DNA of 64,000 nt, from contig DATDFC010000118.1 in assembly GCA_036522815.1 (NCBI GenBank), forward strand, positions 1,306 to 65,305. The letters are read 5' to 3'. Below, piece by piece: positions 26,406 through 35,526 of the stretch (the first letter of the stretch is position 1; each line of letters opens with the position of its first letter). The notes below the pieces were generated by a model, which saw only the letters and a list, made by a program, of their open reading frames with translations, was not told where the DNA came from and did no database searches. The translations under genes were made by a program, and so were the position numbers. The DNA is from Gemmatimonadales bacterium. Its GTDB lineage: Bacteria; Gemmatimonadota; Gemmatimonadetes; Gemmatimonadales; GWC2-71-9.

Positions 26406-26906
26406 ATGTTCGGATCGCGCGTCATCCAGTTGGCGAGTATGGGGTGGTCTCTCTCGGTTGTTGCTCTCGTGCTGAAATCAGGGCTGCTAGTGGCGCTCGT
26501 CGCACCTCCCGACGGCAAACAAGACCCTCTGAGTGTCTCGATCCCGGTGCTCAAGCAGTCAGAGGTTTTCAAGGCAGCCGCAGTCGGCGAAGCCGGCATC
26601 ACACCCAATGAAGTGTTGGCTTGGCGCGTGATTTTCAACAGTCCAGATCGATATTCGGTCTTTCGCGACCTCCTTGCCACAGGTTCAACGTCTGGACGGT
26701 TGTACGCGTTAGCCAGGCTGTGGTTCGGAAACGCCGATGAGTTTGTAGCTGGCGCCAAGAAGCTGCGCACGGAGGGCGGCATGATTACCACTGTTAGAGG
26801 CTGCATCGTCAGCTCGGAGTCACTTGGCGGGTTGATCGACGAAATTGCGGCGGGCGACTGGAGCCGGGAGTTTCTGGCAGCAGGTCGGGTGATAATGGTA
26901 CGGTAG
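26406..26906 (+). CDS. cassette ORF: hypothetical protein (166 aa)
   Basis: N-terminal hydrophobic segment; no motif recognised; cassette bounded by variant boxes GTTAGAC / GTCTAAC. Confidence 0.45.
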   Translation: MFGSRVIQLASMGWSLSVVALVLKSGLLVALVAPPDGKQDPLSVSIPVLKQSEVFKAAAVGEAGITPNEVLAWRVIFNSPDRYSVFRDLLATGSTSGRLYALARLWFGNADEFVAGAKKLRTEGGMITTVRGCIVSSESLGGLIDEIAAGDWSREFLAAGRVIMVR

Positions 26907-26910
26907 GGCC

Positions 26911-27000
26911 GTCTAACACGCGCTTGAAGCTGGCGGCGCGCGTAGATTAAGGAATGAATCGTTTTTTAGCGCGCGGCAGCTTAAGCGCGATCCGTTAGGC
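26911..27000 (+). repeat. attC site 17 (class E, 90 bp; R'' GTCTAAC)
   Basis: GTCTAAC 26911 ... GTTAGGC ending 27000; core gcgcgtagattaaggaatgaatc as in site 7. Confidence 0.9.
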
Positions 27001-27030
27001 GCACGCCAAACACCTGGTAGGTCATGTCTC

Positions 27031-27387
27031 GTGCCAGCCAGCTCGAGCTTCCGAACCTTTGTCATCGACCAGCTGAGTCGCGTGATCCCACGCGTCCGCG
27101 CCCGGAGCATGTTCGGCGGTGTCGGCATCTACGCGAGCGATCGCTTTTTCGCCCTGATCGCCGATGACACGCTCTACTTGAAGGTGGATGAGTCCAATCG
27201 CCCGGACTTCGAGACGCGCGGCATGGGCCCATTCCGACCGTACGGTGAGCATGGGGAGGTCATGCAGTATTACGAGGTGCCCGCCGAGCTCCTCGACGAC
27301 CCGGAGGCACTGCGCCCGTGGGCTGAGAAGGCGATCGCTGCGGCAGGGCGGAAGAAGGTCAAGCGTTCGGGTCGCGGCGGCGCCTAA
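27031..27387 (+). CDS. cassette ORF: TfoX N-terminal domain protein (118 aa)
   Basis: FRTFVIDQLS...ARSMFGGVGIYASDRFFALIADDTLYLKVDE...; stop TAA inside R'' of attC18. Confidence 0.75.
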   Translation: MPASSSFRTFVIDQLSRVIPRVRARSMFGGVGIYASDRFFALIADDTLYLKVDESNRPDFETRGMGPFRPYGEHGEVMQYYEVPAELLDDPEALRPWAEKAIAAAGRKKVKRSGRGGA

Positions 27388-27518
27388 CATGCGCTTGAAG
27401 CTGCCGGCCGCTCACAAGTGGGCAGAATTGCGTTCTCTCGCCCGTCAGCCTCGTCGGCGGCTCGATCCCCTTGCGCCGGCGCTCATTGCGCCCGCAGCCT
27501 AAGCGCGATCCGTTAGGC
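27382..27518 (+). repeat. attC site 18 (class C, 137 bp)
   Basis: GCCTAAC 27382 ... GTTAGGC ending 27518. Confidence 0.9.
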
Positions 27519-27532
27519 GGCGTGCGCCGACC

Positions 27533-27685
27533 ATGAAGCCAGATTGGGTCGGTTGGATCGTTGCGAGCGTACTTGCACTGTTGGGCGCTTGGATAATCAT
27601 CTTCAACTACGCGACAGTCATCAGGTGGTATCGCCACCGTGCGGCCTCGTCTCGCAGGCGAGCAGCACCGGCGTATGACGGTTAG
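27533..27685 (+). CDS. possible small membrane protein (50 aa; below ORF-track cut-off)
   Basis: My translation: MKPDWVGWIVASVLALLGAWIIIFNYATVIRWYRHRAASSRRRAAPAYDG; ATG 15 nt after attC18. Confidence 0.35.
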   Translation: MKPDWVGWIVASVLALLGAWIIIFNYATVIRWYRHRAASSRRRAAPAYDG

Positions 27686-27733
27686 CTTGAGGGTGACCCG
27701 TCCGATTCTGAGCACTCTTCACAAGAGGAGAAC

Positions 27734-28180
27734 ATGTCATCTCACGGAGGTTCGGTTCCTTGCCAGACCGGTCCCATTCTGGTCGGCATCCTCTTCGCGC
27801 TCGTCACGCCGCTTATCGGACAAGGGACGCCAGGCCACTTCTATCACGTCAATTACTATCAGGTCCAACAAGGCCAGGAGAAGGTATACGACTCCGCCCT
27901 CGCGCACGTCGTCTCCCCGGTGTTCGACGAAATGGTGAAGCGCAAAGCCGCCGTATCATACCTGTTGCTGAAAAAGGTCGCCGGCTCTGGCGACTACACC
28001 CATCTCGTGATTGTCGAGGTGGCAAAGCCATCTGCTGCTGAGGGCAGTTTTCAGCAGCAACTGGACGCAGCGTCGCAAGCGACGTTGCATCGGTCCTGGA
28101 ACGATGCGACTGCGGGATTCCCGGAGCTGCGGCGCTTCGTCCACGCCGAGCAGTACACGACCGTGGGCCAAGGGCACTGA
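27734..28180 (+). CDS. cassette ORF: hypothetical secreted protein (148 aa)
   Basis: GAGGAG RBS; hydrophobic N-terminus ILVGILFALVTPLIGQG; followed by a 215-nt ORF-poor tail before attC19. Confidence 0.5.
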   Translation: MSSHGGSVPCQTGPILVGILFALVTPLIGQGTPGHFYHVNYYQVQQGQEKVYDSALAHVVSPVFDEMVKRKAAVSYLLLKKVAGSGDYTHLVIVEVAKPSAAEGSFQQQLDAASQATLHRSWNDATAGFPELRRFVHAEQYTTVGQGH

Positions 28181-28395
28181 GATACGCAGCGCATCGGCAA
28201 GGTCGGGTATCGAGCTCAAGGCGAGTCCCGATGCGCCGTGCCCGGGCGCATCGAAGAGCGATGGCCTCGCGCAGCCCGCGGGACCCGAGGGTGGCGCGGT
28301 AGGCGTGGGTTCCGTAGTGATCGACTTGGGGTGTCTGGCAATGGTAGTGGACGCAGAGATATGGCAGCAGCTATTGAGGAAGTGAAGGGCACGCC

Positions 28396-28537
28396 GCCTA
28401 ACAAGCGCTTGAAGCTGACGGGCGGTGACCGCTTTAAGGGAAGCGGAGTGTTGTGCCCCTAGCGGGGCACGGACTGCGTCCGCCACCCTTGCGCCAGCGG
28501 GCGGGTCGCCCGCAGCTTAAGCTGCGATCCGTTAGGC
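28396..28537 (+). repeat. attC site 19 (class A, 142 bp)
   Basis: GCCTAAC 28396 ... GTTAGGC ending 28537. Confidence 0.9.
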
Positions 28538-28566
28538 AGCGTGCCTCGCCTCGTGGAATACACTCT

Positions 28567-29493
28567 GTGCTCTTTGTGTCAGGTGTAGTCACCCGAATCG
28601 GCCGGTTCCTGATCGCGGCTACGCTCTGGACGGGACGGGGCGTCCCGGCTCAGGCACAGGACTCGCTGCGACTAGGGGCACCGTCCGGACTGCAGCTCTT
28701 GGTCGATGAGCACAATACCGCGCCCACGCTGCGCGTGGTATTGCCAGGTCGCCCCGCATCGGACTCCTCCATCAAGGTTCTGTTTCCGGAGCACGTGACA
28801 GCGGTGCGGCATGGAGATGCCGATGGGCAGCGCCTGTACCTGTGGGAACCGGGCACCCGAGCTCACCGACCCGTGTGGCGACGCCTTCGCAACGCGCTTG
28901 AGTATGAGCGCGACTTGCCCGGGTCTGTGCGCGTTGTTGCCCGCGCCACACTCGACTCTGATGGAGTGCTCTTTCGGTACGAGTTTCGCAATGGCTCAGC
29001 GACCGCGTACGACATGATCTACGCGGTCACCGATCCGCGGTTGACCTCCCTGTTCCACGATGTGCGCCTCGAGCGAACTTACGTGCATTATGCGTCCGGC
29101 TTGGAGCTGCTGGGCGCAGAGACGCCTGCGCGTCTGACTGTCCCTTTGGAGCAGTGGCTGCCGGCAAGGTATCTCGCCTCGTTTACGTGGCCCGTGCCAC
29201 CCCAGCGGGTCGAGCGCCGAGAAGACGGGATCACATATTACCACACGACGCGTCGCGTTGACGAGCCCTTCATCGCGACGGTCTCTTCCGATACCGCTTG
29301 GGTGGTCGCGAGCTTCACTCGGAGCACCGGGAATGTATGGAGCAATCCCGCGCTCACGTGCCAGCACGTGGATCCGCAGACAGCACTCCCGCCTGGTGCG
29401 ACCGCGGTCACCGAAATCAAGCTGCTGGTCGTCCGCGGGTCGCTCCGCAGCGCCTTTCAGCAGATGCTACTGCAGCGTCACCTGTTGCACTAG
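28567..29493 (+). CDS. cassette ORF: hypothetical secreted protein (~308 aa)
   Basis: In-frame GTGs at 28567/28576/28588 after attC19 (track start 28453 lies in attC); signal-like RFLIAATLWTGRGVPAQAQ. Confidence 0.5.
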   Translation: MLFVSGVVTRIGRFLIAATLWTGRGVPAQAQDSLRLGAPSGLQLLVDEHNTAPTLRVVLPGRPASDSSIKVLFPEHVTAVRHGDADGQRLYLWEPGTRAHRPVWRRLRNALEYERDLPGSVRVVARATLDSDGVLFRYEFRNGSATAYDMIYAVTDPRLTSLFHDVRLERTYVHYASGLELLGAETPARLTVPLEQWLPARYLASFTWPVPPQRVERREDGITYYHTTRRVDEPFIATVSSDTAWVVASFTRSTGNVWSNPALTCQHVDPQTALPPGATAVTEIKLLVVRGSLRSAFQQMLLQRHLLH

Positions 29494-29522
29494 GGAGCAA
29501 CCGCTCGCGATGCTGGCACGCT

Positions 29523-29660
29523 GCCTAACATGCGCTTGAGGCTGTCGGGCCTGTTCTTAAAGGAATCGGCCCTTGCCTCGCCTGGCGCGCCTCTGCGGCG
29601 CAGGCTGGTGCCTTGCGCCCGCCCGCACGCCGCCCGCAGCTTAAGCGCGATCCGTTAGGC
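29523..29660 (+). repeat. attC site 20 (class B, 138 bp)
   Basis: GCCTAAC 29523 ... GTTAGGC ending 29660. Confidence 0.9.
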
Positions 29661-29695
29661 CGCGCGGCGACTATCGTTCAAAGGAGGGCCTCTCT

Positions 29696-29878
29696 ATGGC
29701 TAAGCAGCTTGCATGTAACGATCTCATGAAGGGCTGCAAGTTCGTCGCCAAGGCGCCCAATGAACAGGAACTCTTGAAACAAGTAGCCTCCCATGCCGCA
29801 CAAGCACATGGTGTCAAAGAGATCACCCCCGACCTGCTCGCAAAGGTACGATCGGCAATGAAGGAAGTCCCCGCGTGA
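29696..29878 (+). CDS. cassette ORF: DUF1059-like small protein (60 aa)
   Basis: MAKQLACNDLMKGCKFVAKAPNEQELLKQVASHAAQAHGV; AAGGAGGG RBS. Confidence 0.7.
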   Translation: MAKQLACNDLMKGCKFVAKAPNEQELLKQVASHAAQAHGVKEITPDLLAKVRSAMKEVPA

Positions 29879-29897
29879 CGGAGATCCCGGACGCGCG

Positions 29898-29999
29898 GCC
29901 TACCAAGCGCTTGAAGCTGGCGGGCCCGGCTCTTAGGGGAAGAATTATGTTTGTGAACCTCAAGCCTGCGCGCCGCAGCTGAAGCGCGATCCGTTAGGC
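29898..29999 (+). repeat. attC site 21 (class D, 102 bp; R'' GCCTACC)
   Basis: GCCTACC 29898 ... GTTAGGC ending 29999. Confidence 0.85.
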
Positions 30000-30011
30000 G
30001 GCGGCTCGAGC

Positions 30012-30437
30012 ATGGCCAGTCAGCGTCGTACAGCAAGCACCGCTGCTCGTGGTGTCCGGGTCCAGGACGCGCGGCGATTGCTGCTTGGCCTTCCGAAGGT
30101 CATCGAGGGCCGGTCTTATGGCATGCCTTCCTTCCTGCTCAATGGCCGGTTTCTCGCGCGATTGCGCGACGATGATACGGTTCTGGTGCTGCAGTTAGCG
30201 ACGATTGCTGAGCGCGAAGTTCTCATGCAGCTGGAGCCGGAAGCGTTCTTCTTCACCGAACACTACCGTAATTACCCCGCGGTGCTGATTCGTTTAGCGG
30301 AAGTTCCGCGCTCGCTGTTGGCCGACGTCGTGGCAGAATCGTGGCGCCATGTAGAGGCAATGCCACCAGGCCGGCGGCGGCCAAAACCTGCGCCAGCCCG
30401 AAAGCGCCCTCGCCGCACGTCGCGGCGCCCGCGATGA
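30012..30437 (+). CDS. cassette ORF: MmcQ/YjbR-like protein (141 aa)
   Basis: LLLGLPKVIEGRSYGMPSFLLNGRFLARL...FFFTEHYRNYPAVLIRL pattern; basic C-terminal tail. Confidence 0.65.
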   Translation: MASQRRTASTAARGVRVQDARRLLLGLPKVIEGRSYGMPSFLLNGRFLARLRDDDTVLVLQLATIAEREVLMQLEPEAFFFTEHYRNYPAVLIRLAEVPRSLLADVVAESWRHVEAMPPGRRRPKPAPARKRPRRTSRRPR

Positions 30438-30497
30438 TCACGAGTGGGTCTCATTAGGCCGCCGGCACCGTTAAGGACACCGATAGGGTCGGGGGAC

Positions 30498-30974
30498 ATG
30501 ACTCGGTCGCTCACCAGCGTGCAGTACCGCGAGGCTGCCGCCGCAGACGTACCAGCCATGGTCCGTAGTCGCCTAGCGGATCCCGCGGCGGGCGTGGCCG
30601 ACCCCCGGATGGCGGCATACCTCGATGGCCAACACCACCCGCAGCAAGCTCTACCACGCCGCGTCAGCTACGTTGCAGAAGCGGGGGACGCCGTGGTCGG
30701 CTACATCGCTGGACACCTCAGCCATCGGTATGAATGCGAGGGCGAGCTGCAATACCTCTTTGTCGCTCCCCAGTATCGGAGAACGGGAATAGCCTCGGAG
30801 CTGTTCCGCCTGCTGGCGCGTTGGTTCAGCCACCAGGGCGCACGGCGAATCTGCGTGAACGTTGAACCCGATAACGCCGGCGCCCGTGCTTTCTACCGGC
30901 GTCACGGCGCCATTACGCTACACCCGTTCTGGCTTGTGTGGAGCGACATTCGCGCTACCATCGGTGCAGCCTAA
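30498..30974 (+). CDS. GNAT family N-acetyltransferase (158 aa)
   Basis: ATG 30498; acetyl-CoA motif LFVAPQYRRTGIASELFRLL...FYRRHG; no attC separates it from the previous ORF; stop TAA inside R'' of attC22. Confidence 0.8.
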   Translation: MTRSLTSVQYREAAAADVPAMVRSRLADPAAGVADPRMAAYLDGQHHPQQALPRRVSYVAEAGDAVVGYIAGHLSHRYECEGELQYLFVAPQYRRTGIASELFRLLARWFSHQGARRICVNVEPDNAGARAFYRRHGAITLHPFWLVWSDIRATIGAA

Positions 30975-31103
30975 CAAGCGCTTGAGCCTGGCGGGCGCTC
31001 GGGTGGGAAGAATTGCGTTCCCCCGCCGGCGGGCTCGTTCAGCGGCTCCACCTCCTTGCGACCTCGGGCGTTGCGCCCGCAGCTGAGGCGTGATCCGTTA
31101 GGC
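30969..31103 (+). repeat. attC site 22 (class C, 135 bp)
   Basis: GCCTAAC 30969 ... GTTAGGC ending 31103. Confidence 0.9.
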
Positions 31104-31127
31104 GGCCACCTACACTTACCGAGCGGC

Positions 31128-32393
31128 ATGCGAATACTGAGGCTTGCAGTTCTCCTCTTCGGCGCATACGCCTGCACAAGGCCCTCGCCCCCCGGGCCAC
31201 CCGTACGCCTCGCCGGCGACATCTCCGACACGATCATCGTCAATAGCCGCTGGCCGAAGCGCCTTCCCGTGCACGCATTCGACGCGAAGGGCCGGGCCAT
31301 CGTGGGGGCGCCCATCCGCTTCGACCGGCTGGACGGCGCCGAGGTGCCAATCACGAGCGCGGGAGCGGTGCAGTGCACGAAATCCGGAGACTTCAGCGTG
31401 CAGGCCGTCCTGGATAGCCTCACGACCCGCGTGTTCGTGCGCTGCCGGCTCGTCGATATCGTGCAGGTCCAGGGGCCGATCCAGTTCGTGCTCGGCGACT
31501 CGGAGCTTGGCCGGCCACGTGCCGTTCCGCTCGGAGTGTACAGTTCGGACGGGCGCCCCGTCTCGCTCTACACTGCAAGCATCTTCTTGGCGGACAGTGA
31601 CGTTGCTACGCTCCGCGGGACCACCATCTACCCTCTATCACCTGGCCCAACAGTCGTGGGCGTGCACATCGGTGACCGGGATGGGGGCACCGGAGTGCAC
31701 ATCTACCAGCGCGTGGACGGACTGGCCGCGCTCGATACACTCCTGCGTGTGCACCCAGGGCGGCGAGCCTTCGCCGTGCCACTCCGCATGGAAAGCGGCA
31801 CCCAATATCGGCAGGGCCTTCCACCAGGCGGTTGGATGCTCACGGTGCTCCCCCGCGAGCAAAGCGGTCCGAATCCAATCCGCATGTTCGTGGACGGCGC
31901 AGCCTGTGATTCAAACCTCCTCAATGATCCCGGACGCCTCGGCTGCGGAGCAGGGTCGCGCGCCAGCATAATTGTCTACCGTCCGTTCTCGAGGCGTCCC
32001 TCGAAACCCGCGACCGCGTATCTCCTCGTCCGAGGAATGGGAAGCGGAGATCCGAGGCGCTTCGTCCCGCGAGTCCGAGCGACACCAGGAGACCTGATTT
32101 GCGTCAAGAAGTTGCTGCGAGCACGCGGTTACGATCTGCAGCTGAAATCCCCCGACGACCAGTTGCTCCAAATGGGCCGTCGCGGGCAACTGGGCACCGA
32201 CGCTCGGCGCGAGTGGATCGAGGTTCGATTCGTGCCGGATGAGTCTGAACCCACCCTCCGGGGCAGAGCCTGGGCGCTAGATTCCTACCCGACAGAGCGG
32301 TCTCTCGAGCGCAATCCTGTCGTTGTGCAGCCTGCGGAGGTGACGCTTACGGATGCGCGCGAGGTGTTGCAACGGTGTGGCCGCGATCGATGA
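31128..32393 (+). CDS. cassette ORF: lipoprotein with Ig-like (Big_2-like) segments (421 aa)
   Basis: Lipobox MRILRLAVLLFGAYAC; ADSDVATLRGTTIYPLSPGPTVVGVHIGD resembles Big_2 repeats. Confidence 0.5.
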   Translation: MRILRLAVLLFGAYACTRPSPPGPPVRLAGDISDTIIVNSRWPKRLPVHAFDAKGRAIVGAPIRFDRLDGAEVPITSAGAVQCTKSGDFSVQAVLDSLTTRVFVRCRLVDIVQVQGPIQFVLGDSELGRPRAVPLGVYSSDGRPVSLYTASIFLADSDVATLRGTTIYPLSPGPTVVGVHIGDRDGGTGVHIYQRVDGLAALDTLLRVHPGRRAFAVPLRMESGTQYRQGLPPGGWMLTVLPREQSGPNPIRMFVDGAACDSNLLNDPGRLGCGAGSRASIIVYRPFSRRPSKPATAYLLVRGMGSGDPRRFVPRVRATPGDLICVKKLLRARGYDLQLKSPDDQLLQMGRRGQLGTDARREWIEVRFVPDESEPTLRGRAWALDSYPTERSLERNPVVVQPAEVTLTDAREVLQRCGRDR

Positions 32394-32428
32394 CAGGTGC
32401 GCCTCACGCGCTAACAATGACGGGTGGC

Positions 32429-32442
32429 CGCCTAACATGGCG
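32429..32442 (+). repeat. attC relic (R'' box plus a few nt)
   Basis: gcctaacatggcgg; rest of the site absent. Confidence 0.4.
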
Positions 32443-32522
32443 GACAGGCAGGCACCACTCACTCTTTGTGACGCGGAGAGCCTCCCCTAGGTAAACACAT
32501 ATGGTCGATACATCACGCTAAG

Positions 32523-33020
32523 GTGCCCGATTCCGGAGCCCCCATGTCGCGTATTTCCCCAACACTCCCGTCGCGCGCCGCCCCGATACTCCTCCTAGCG
32601 AGCACCACCCTTACCTGCGGTCAGCCCCTAGCCCCCAGTGCCCTCGCCGGTTCGTACGTACTGGAGAGCGTCGCGCTCGAGCCGATCCCGACGGTGCTCT
32701 TCAGCAGTTCGGATGTCACCATTCGGGTGCTCGCTGATACCCTGCGGTTCCATGGCACGGGCACCGGTACGCAAACGGGGCTCCAAGTGGTCCAGTCTCA
32801 GAGTTCGCCAAGCCTCACGGACACCGTGGCTGTGAACAACCAGTTTGCCTTTCAGGTCGTAGATAGTCGATTTGAAATCACCTACGCGTGTCCGATCACC
32901 GCTAACTGTGTGCCAGGCCCGCACCTCGTCGGCCAGCCTCTCGCCGATGGCCTACGAGTGGACCACGCCCTGGGCGACCGAGTTCCCCTCATTTATGGGC
33001 GCCTCGGAAGCCGGCCATGA
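32523..33020 (+). CDS. hypothetical lipoprotein-like protein (165 aa)
   Basis: GTG 32523 or ATG 32544; LLLASTTLTCGQP lipobox-like. Confidence 0.45.
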   Translation: MPDSGAPMSRISPTLPSRAAPILLLASTTLTCGQPLAPSALAGSYVLESVALEPIPTVLFSSSDVTIRVLADTLRFHGTGTGTQTGLQVVQSQSSPSLTDTVAVNNQFAFQVVDSRFEITYACPITANCVPGPHLVGQPLADGLRVDHALGDRVPLIYGRLGSRP

Positions 33021-33037
33021 AGGGTCCGGAGGCGCCT

Positions 33038-33137
33038 GCCTAACAAGCGCTTGAAGCTGGCGGGCGCTATCGCTTTAAGGGAAACGGAGTGTTTGCCGCC
33101 CTGCCGGGCGCGGAGGTACGTCCGACCGCCTTGCGCC
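33038..33137 (+). repeat. attC site 23, 3'-truncated (class A left part, right arm and R' missing)
   Basis: GCCTAAC 33038, consensus continues to ccttgcgcc (33137), then unrelated sequence. Confidence 0.7.
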
Positions 33138-33337
33138 TCATGTTGGCGCCAGCTGTCCATCGCTACGTGCTTGCACAGGATGCCCAGGACGGTGCTGGGC
33201 ACGTCCAACGGAGGGCGGCTCTTTAGTAGTAGCTTTCGTGGAGCGGCCGCCACGAACTAGGATCATCTCTGCCAGACTCGCCACCAGACGCGAGCGCCAT
33301 GACTAGGCGGCATGACACGAGTGGAGTTGGACACGCG

Positions 33338-33733
33338 ATGACCATAGCCACCACTAAGCCCCGTGTGACATCATTGGCCCCCCAGTTCCTCGTGGACGAT
33401 CTTCGGCGCTCGATCGTATTCTACGAGAAGCTAGGTTTCGCATTCGGCGAACCCTGGGATGGGTTTTACGTGATCGGCCACTTAGACGGTCTGGAGCTCC
33501 ACCTGAAGGAAGCGCCGAAGTACGAGCCGGAGCGCCGTTTTCGGCGGGAGCACGAGCATCTGGACGCTGCGGCGGGCGTGGACGGCATTGAGGCGTTCTA
33601 CGCTCAATGCGTGGCCAATGGTGCAACGATTACCAAGCCGCTCACGCCCACCCCATGGGGCACAAAGGACTTCTACGTAGAGGACCCGGACGGCTACATC
33701 CTCTGCTTTGGTGGTCGCTCCGCCGGAGGGTGA
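33338..33733 (+). CDS. VOC (glyoxalase/bleomycin-resistance) family protein
   Basis: FLVDDLRRSIVFYEKLGFAF...LELHLKE...KDFYVEDPDGYILCFG; ATG 33338 preferred over 33299. Confidence 0.75.
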   Translation: MTIATTKPRVTSLAPQFLVDDLRRSIVFYEKLGFAFGEPWDGFYVIGHLDGLELHLKEAPKYEPERRFRREHEHLDAAAGVDGIEAFYAQCVANGATITKPLTPTPWGTKDFYVEDPDGYILCFGGRSAGG

Positions 33734-33769
33734 CGCGCAGGCTGTTTCTGTTGGGGAGGTTGTCATGCC

Positions 33770-33871
33770 GCCTAACATGCGCTTGAAGGTGGCGGCGCCC
33801 CTCGTCTGTGGTAAACTTGCGTTTGTGATCATTCCAGTCAGGCGCCGCAGCTTAAGCGCGATCCGTTAGGC
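33770..33871 (+). repeat. attC site 24 (class D, 102 bp)
   Basis: GCCTAAC 33770 ... GTTAGGC ending 33871. Confidence 0.9.
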
Positions 33872-33921
33872 GCCGGCCAGTCGCGCGCTGCTCGAGTCTC
33901 ACGCACACGCCTACGGGCAGG

Positions 33922-34353
33922 ATGTGGCAAATGTCGAGGCTCAACTGGAGTCGCGCTCTGCTGGGTGGTGTCTTAGCCGGGGTGCTTTGGGGCATCCTGT
34001 ATGCGCCTGTGCACCCGCTCGTCGAGGTGCATACCACCCTTGGTCGACCCGTACTTCCAATCACGCCGTTTCGGGGCGCAGCGCCTCTTCTACGTGTCCT
34101 TGTCGTCTTTACAGGGTTCGTGCAGGGGATCGCAACGGTGTGCCTCTACGCGGCCATTCGCCCGCGCTTCGGTGCAGGCCCGAGTACCGCGGCCATCGCT
34201 GCCTTGAGTGTCTGGTTTCTCACCAGTTGGATGCATCTGGTGTGGGCCGTGTTCACGGCTGTCCCAATCGCCGAGGCGCTGGTGCCCCTTGGGGTCAACC
34301 TGCCGCTGGTGGTGCTCGCGGGGCTGGCGGGAGCATGGCTTTATAGAGAATGA
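33922..34353 (+). CDS. cassette ORF: hypothetical membrane protein (143 aa)
   Basis: Four TM-like segments; ATG 51 nt after attC24. Confidence 0.55.
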   Translation: MWQMSRLNWSRALLGGVLAGVLWGILYAPVHPLVEVHTTLGRPVLPITPFRGAAPLLRVLVVFTGFVQGIATVCLYAAIRPRFGAGPSTAAIAALSVWFLTSWMHLVWAVFTAVPIAEALVPLGVNLPLVVLAGLAGAWLYRE

Positions 34354-34390
34354 CCCGAGCCTGTGGTCGCAGCCGTCGGCTTCGGCCGGC

Positions 34391-34531
34391 GCCTAACAAG
34401 CGCTTGACGCTGACGGGCCTATCGCTTTAAGGGAAGCGGAGCGGTTGTAGCCCTGGCACGCACGCACTATGGTTCAATAGCAGCGCCTCCTGCGGGCATG
34501 TCGCCCGCAGCGTAAGCGCGATCCGTTAGGC
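34391..34531 (+). repeat. attC site 25 (class A, 141 bp)
   Basis: GCCTAAC 34391 ... GTTAGGC ending 34531. Confidence 0.9.
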
Positions 34532-34624
34532 AGCGACACGTTCTACCGAAGGGGAGCCCGCCTGCCGCCGAAAGTACCGCCTCCTAGGCTATTCCTGCTT
34601 CTCGCGCGCGAGGCACCGCGTGCG

Positions 34625-35428
34625 GTGGTTTTACGCCGCGGTCCATCAAAGTGGGTCGAGGTCATTGCCTGGGACACGCACCGTGACACGTTCGACCACG
34701 GGGCATGGTTTCACGGACGGATCTATCAACGTCGTTCGGATCTCTCTCCCGATGGAACGAAGCTGGTCTACTTCGCCAGCAAATTCACTTCCAAGACCGT
34801 CAACGACCCTGAATACACGTACGCATGGACTGCAGTGAGCAAGGTACCCTACCTAACAGCCCTGGCCCTTTGGCCAAAGGGCGACTGCTGGTGGGGTGGG
34901 GGCTTGTTCCAAGACAACTACACCGTGTTCCTCAATCATCGACCGTCAGAGGCTACTCCTCATCCGCGCCACCTACCGCAACGCCTCCGTGTGATTCCCA
35001 ATCCAGACGCAGCTGGAGAAGACGATCCACTGTACTCGCAGCGCCTCACCCGCGATGGATGGCAGATACGGCAAGAGTGGCAATGGGAACATCTTGGCTG
35101 GGACGGCTATCGTACGACGACCCCCGAACTCCGTACCCGAGCCCATCCTAATGGACGCCTTAGGCTCGTCCTCGAAAGACGACTGGACGGCCTTCGTTAT
35201 CGCGAGCGTTTCTCCATCGAGGCACCGGTTGCCCGTCGCCCGATCGACCTGGAAGGCGCCGAATCGGTCGACTGGGACCAGGCCGGCCGACTCGTTTTTC
35301 TTCGCAGGGGTATCGTGTGGGCGTCGACAGTACAAGGGTCCGCGATTGGAGAACCGAACCCCCTAATCGACCTCACGGCAGATCAGCCTACGCCGCGCCA
35401 GACACCCCGCTGGGCCGAGGCTTGGTAG
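34625..35428 (+). CDS. cassette ORF: hypothetical protein (267 aa)
   Basis: GTG start; Trp-rich, no signal peptide, no motif recognised. Confidence 0.5.
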   Translation: MVLRRGPSKWVEVIAWDTHRDTFDHGAWFHGRIYQRRSDLSPDGTKLVYFASKFTSKTVNDPEYTYAWTAVSKVPYLTALALWPKGDCWWGGGLFQDNYTVFLNHRPSEATPHPRHLPQRLRVIPNPDAAGEDDPLYSQRLTRDGWQIRQEWQWEHLGWDGYRTTTPELRTRAHPNGRLRLVLERRLDGLRYRERFSIEAPVARRPIDLEGAESVDWDQAGRLVFLRRGIVWASTVQGSAIGEPNPLIDLTADQPTPRQTPRWAEAW

Positions 35429-35438
35429 TCATGTCGCT

Positions 35439-35515
35439 GCCTAACAAGCTTGAAGCTGGCGGGACTCTTGCGCCGGCGGGCTCGCCGCCCGCAGCTTAAC
35501 CGGGATCCGTTAGGC
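35439..35515 (+). repeat. attC site 26 (class S, 77 bp)
   Basis: GCCTAAC 35439 ... GTTAGGC ending 35515; central part deleted. Confidence 0.85.
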
Positions 35516-35526
35516 CGCACGCTCCT

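Noticed and set aside
28181-28395. Gene or sRNA in the 215-nt tail of cassette 18
   Set aside because: All frames on both strands give low-complexity peptides. I could not identify a structured RNA by eye. It is left unannotated and may be the remnant of a degraded ORF.
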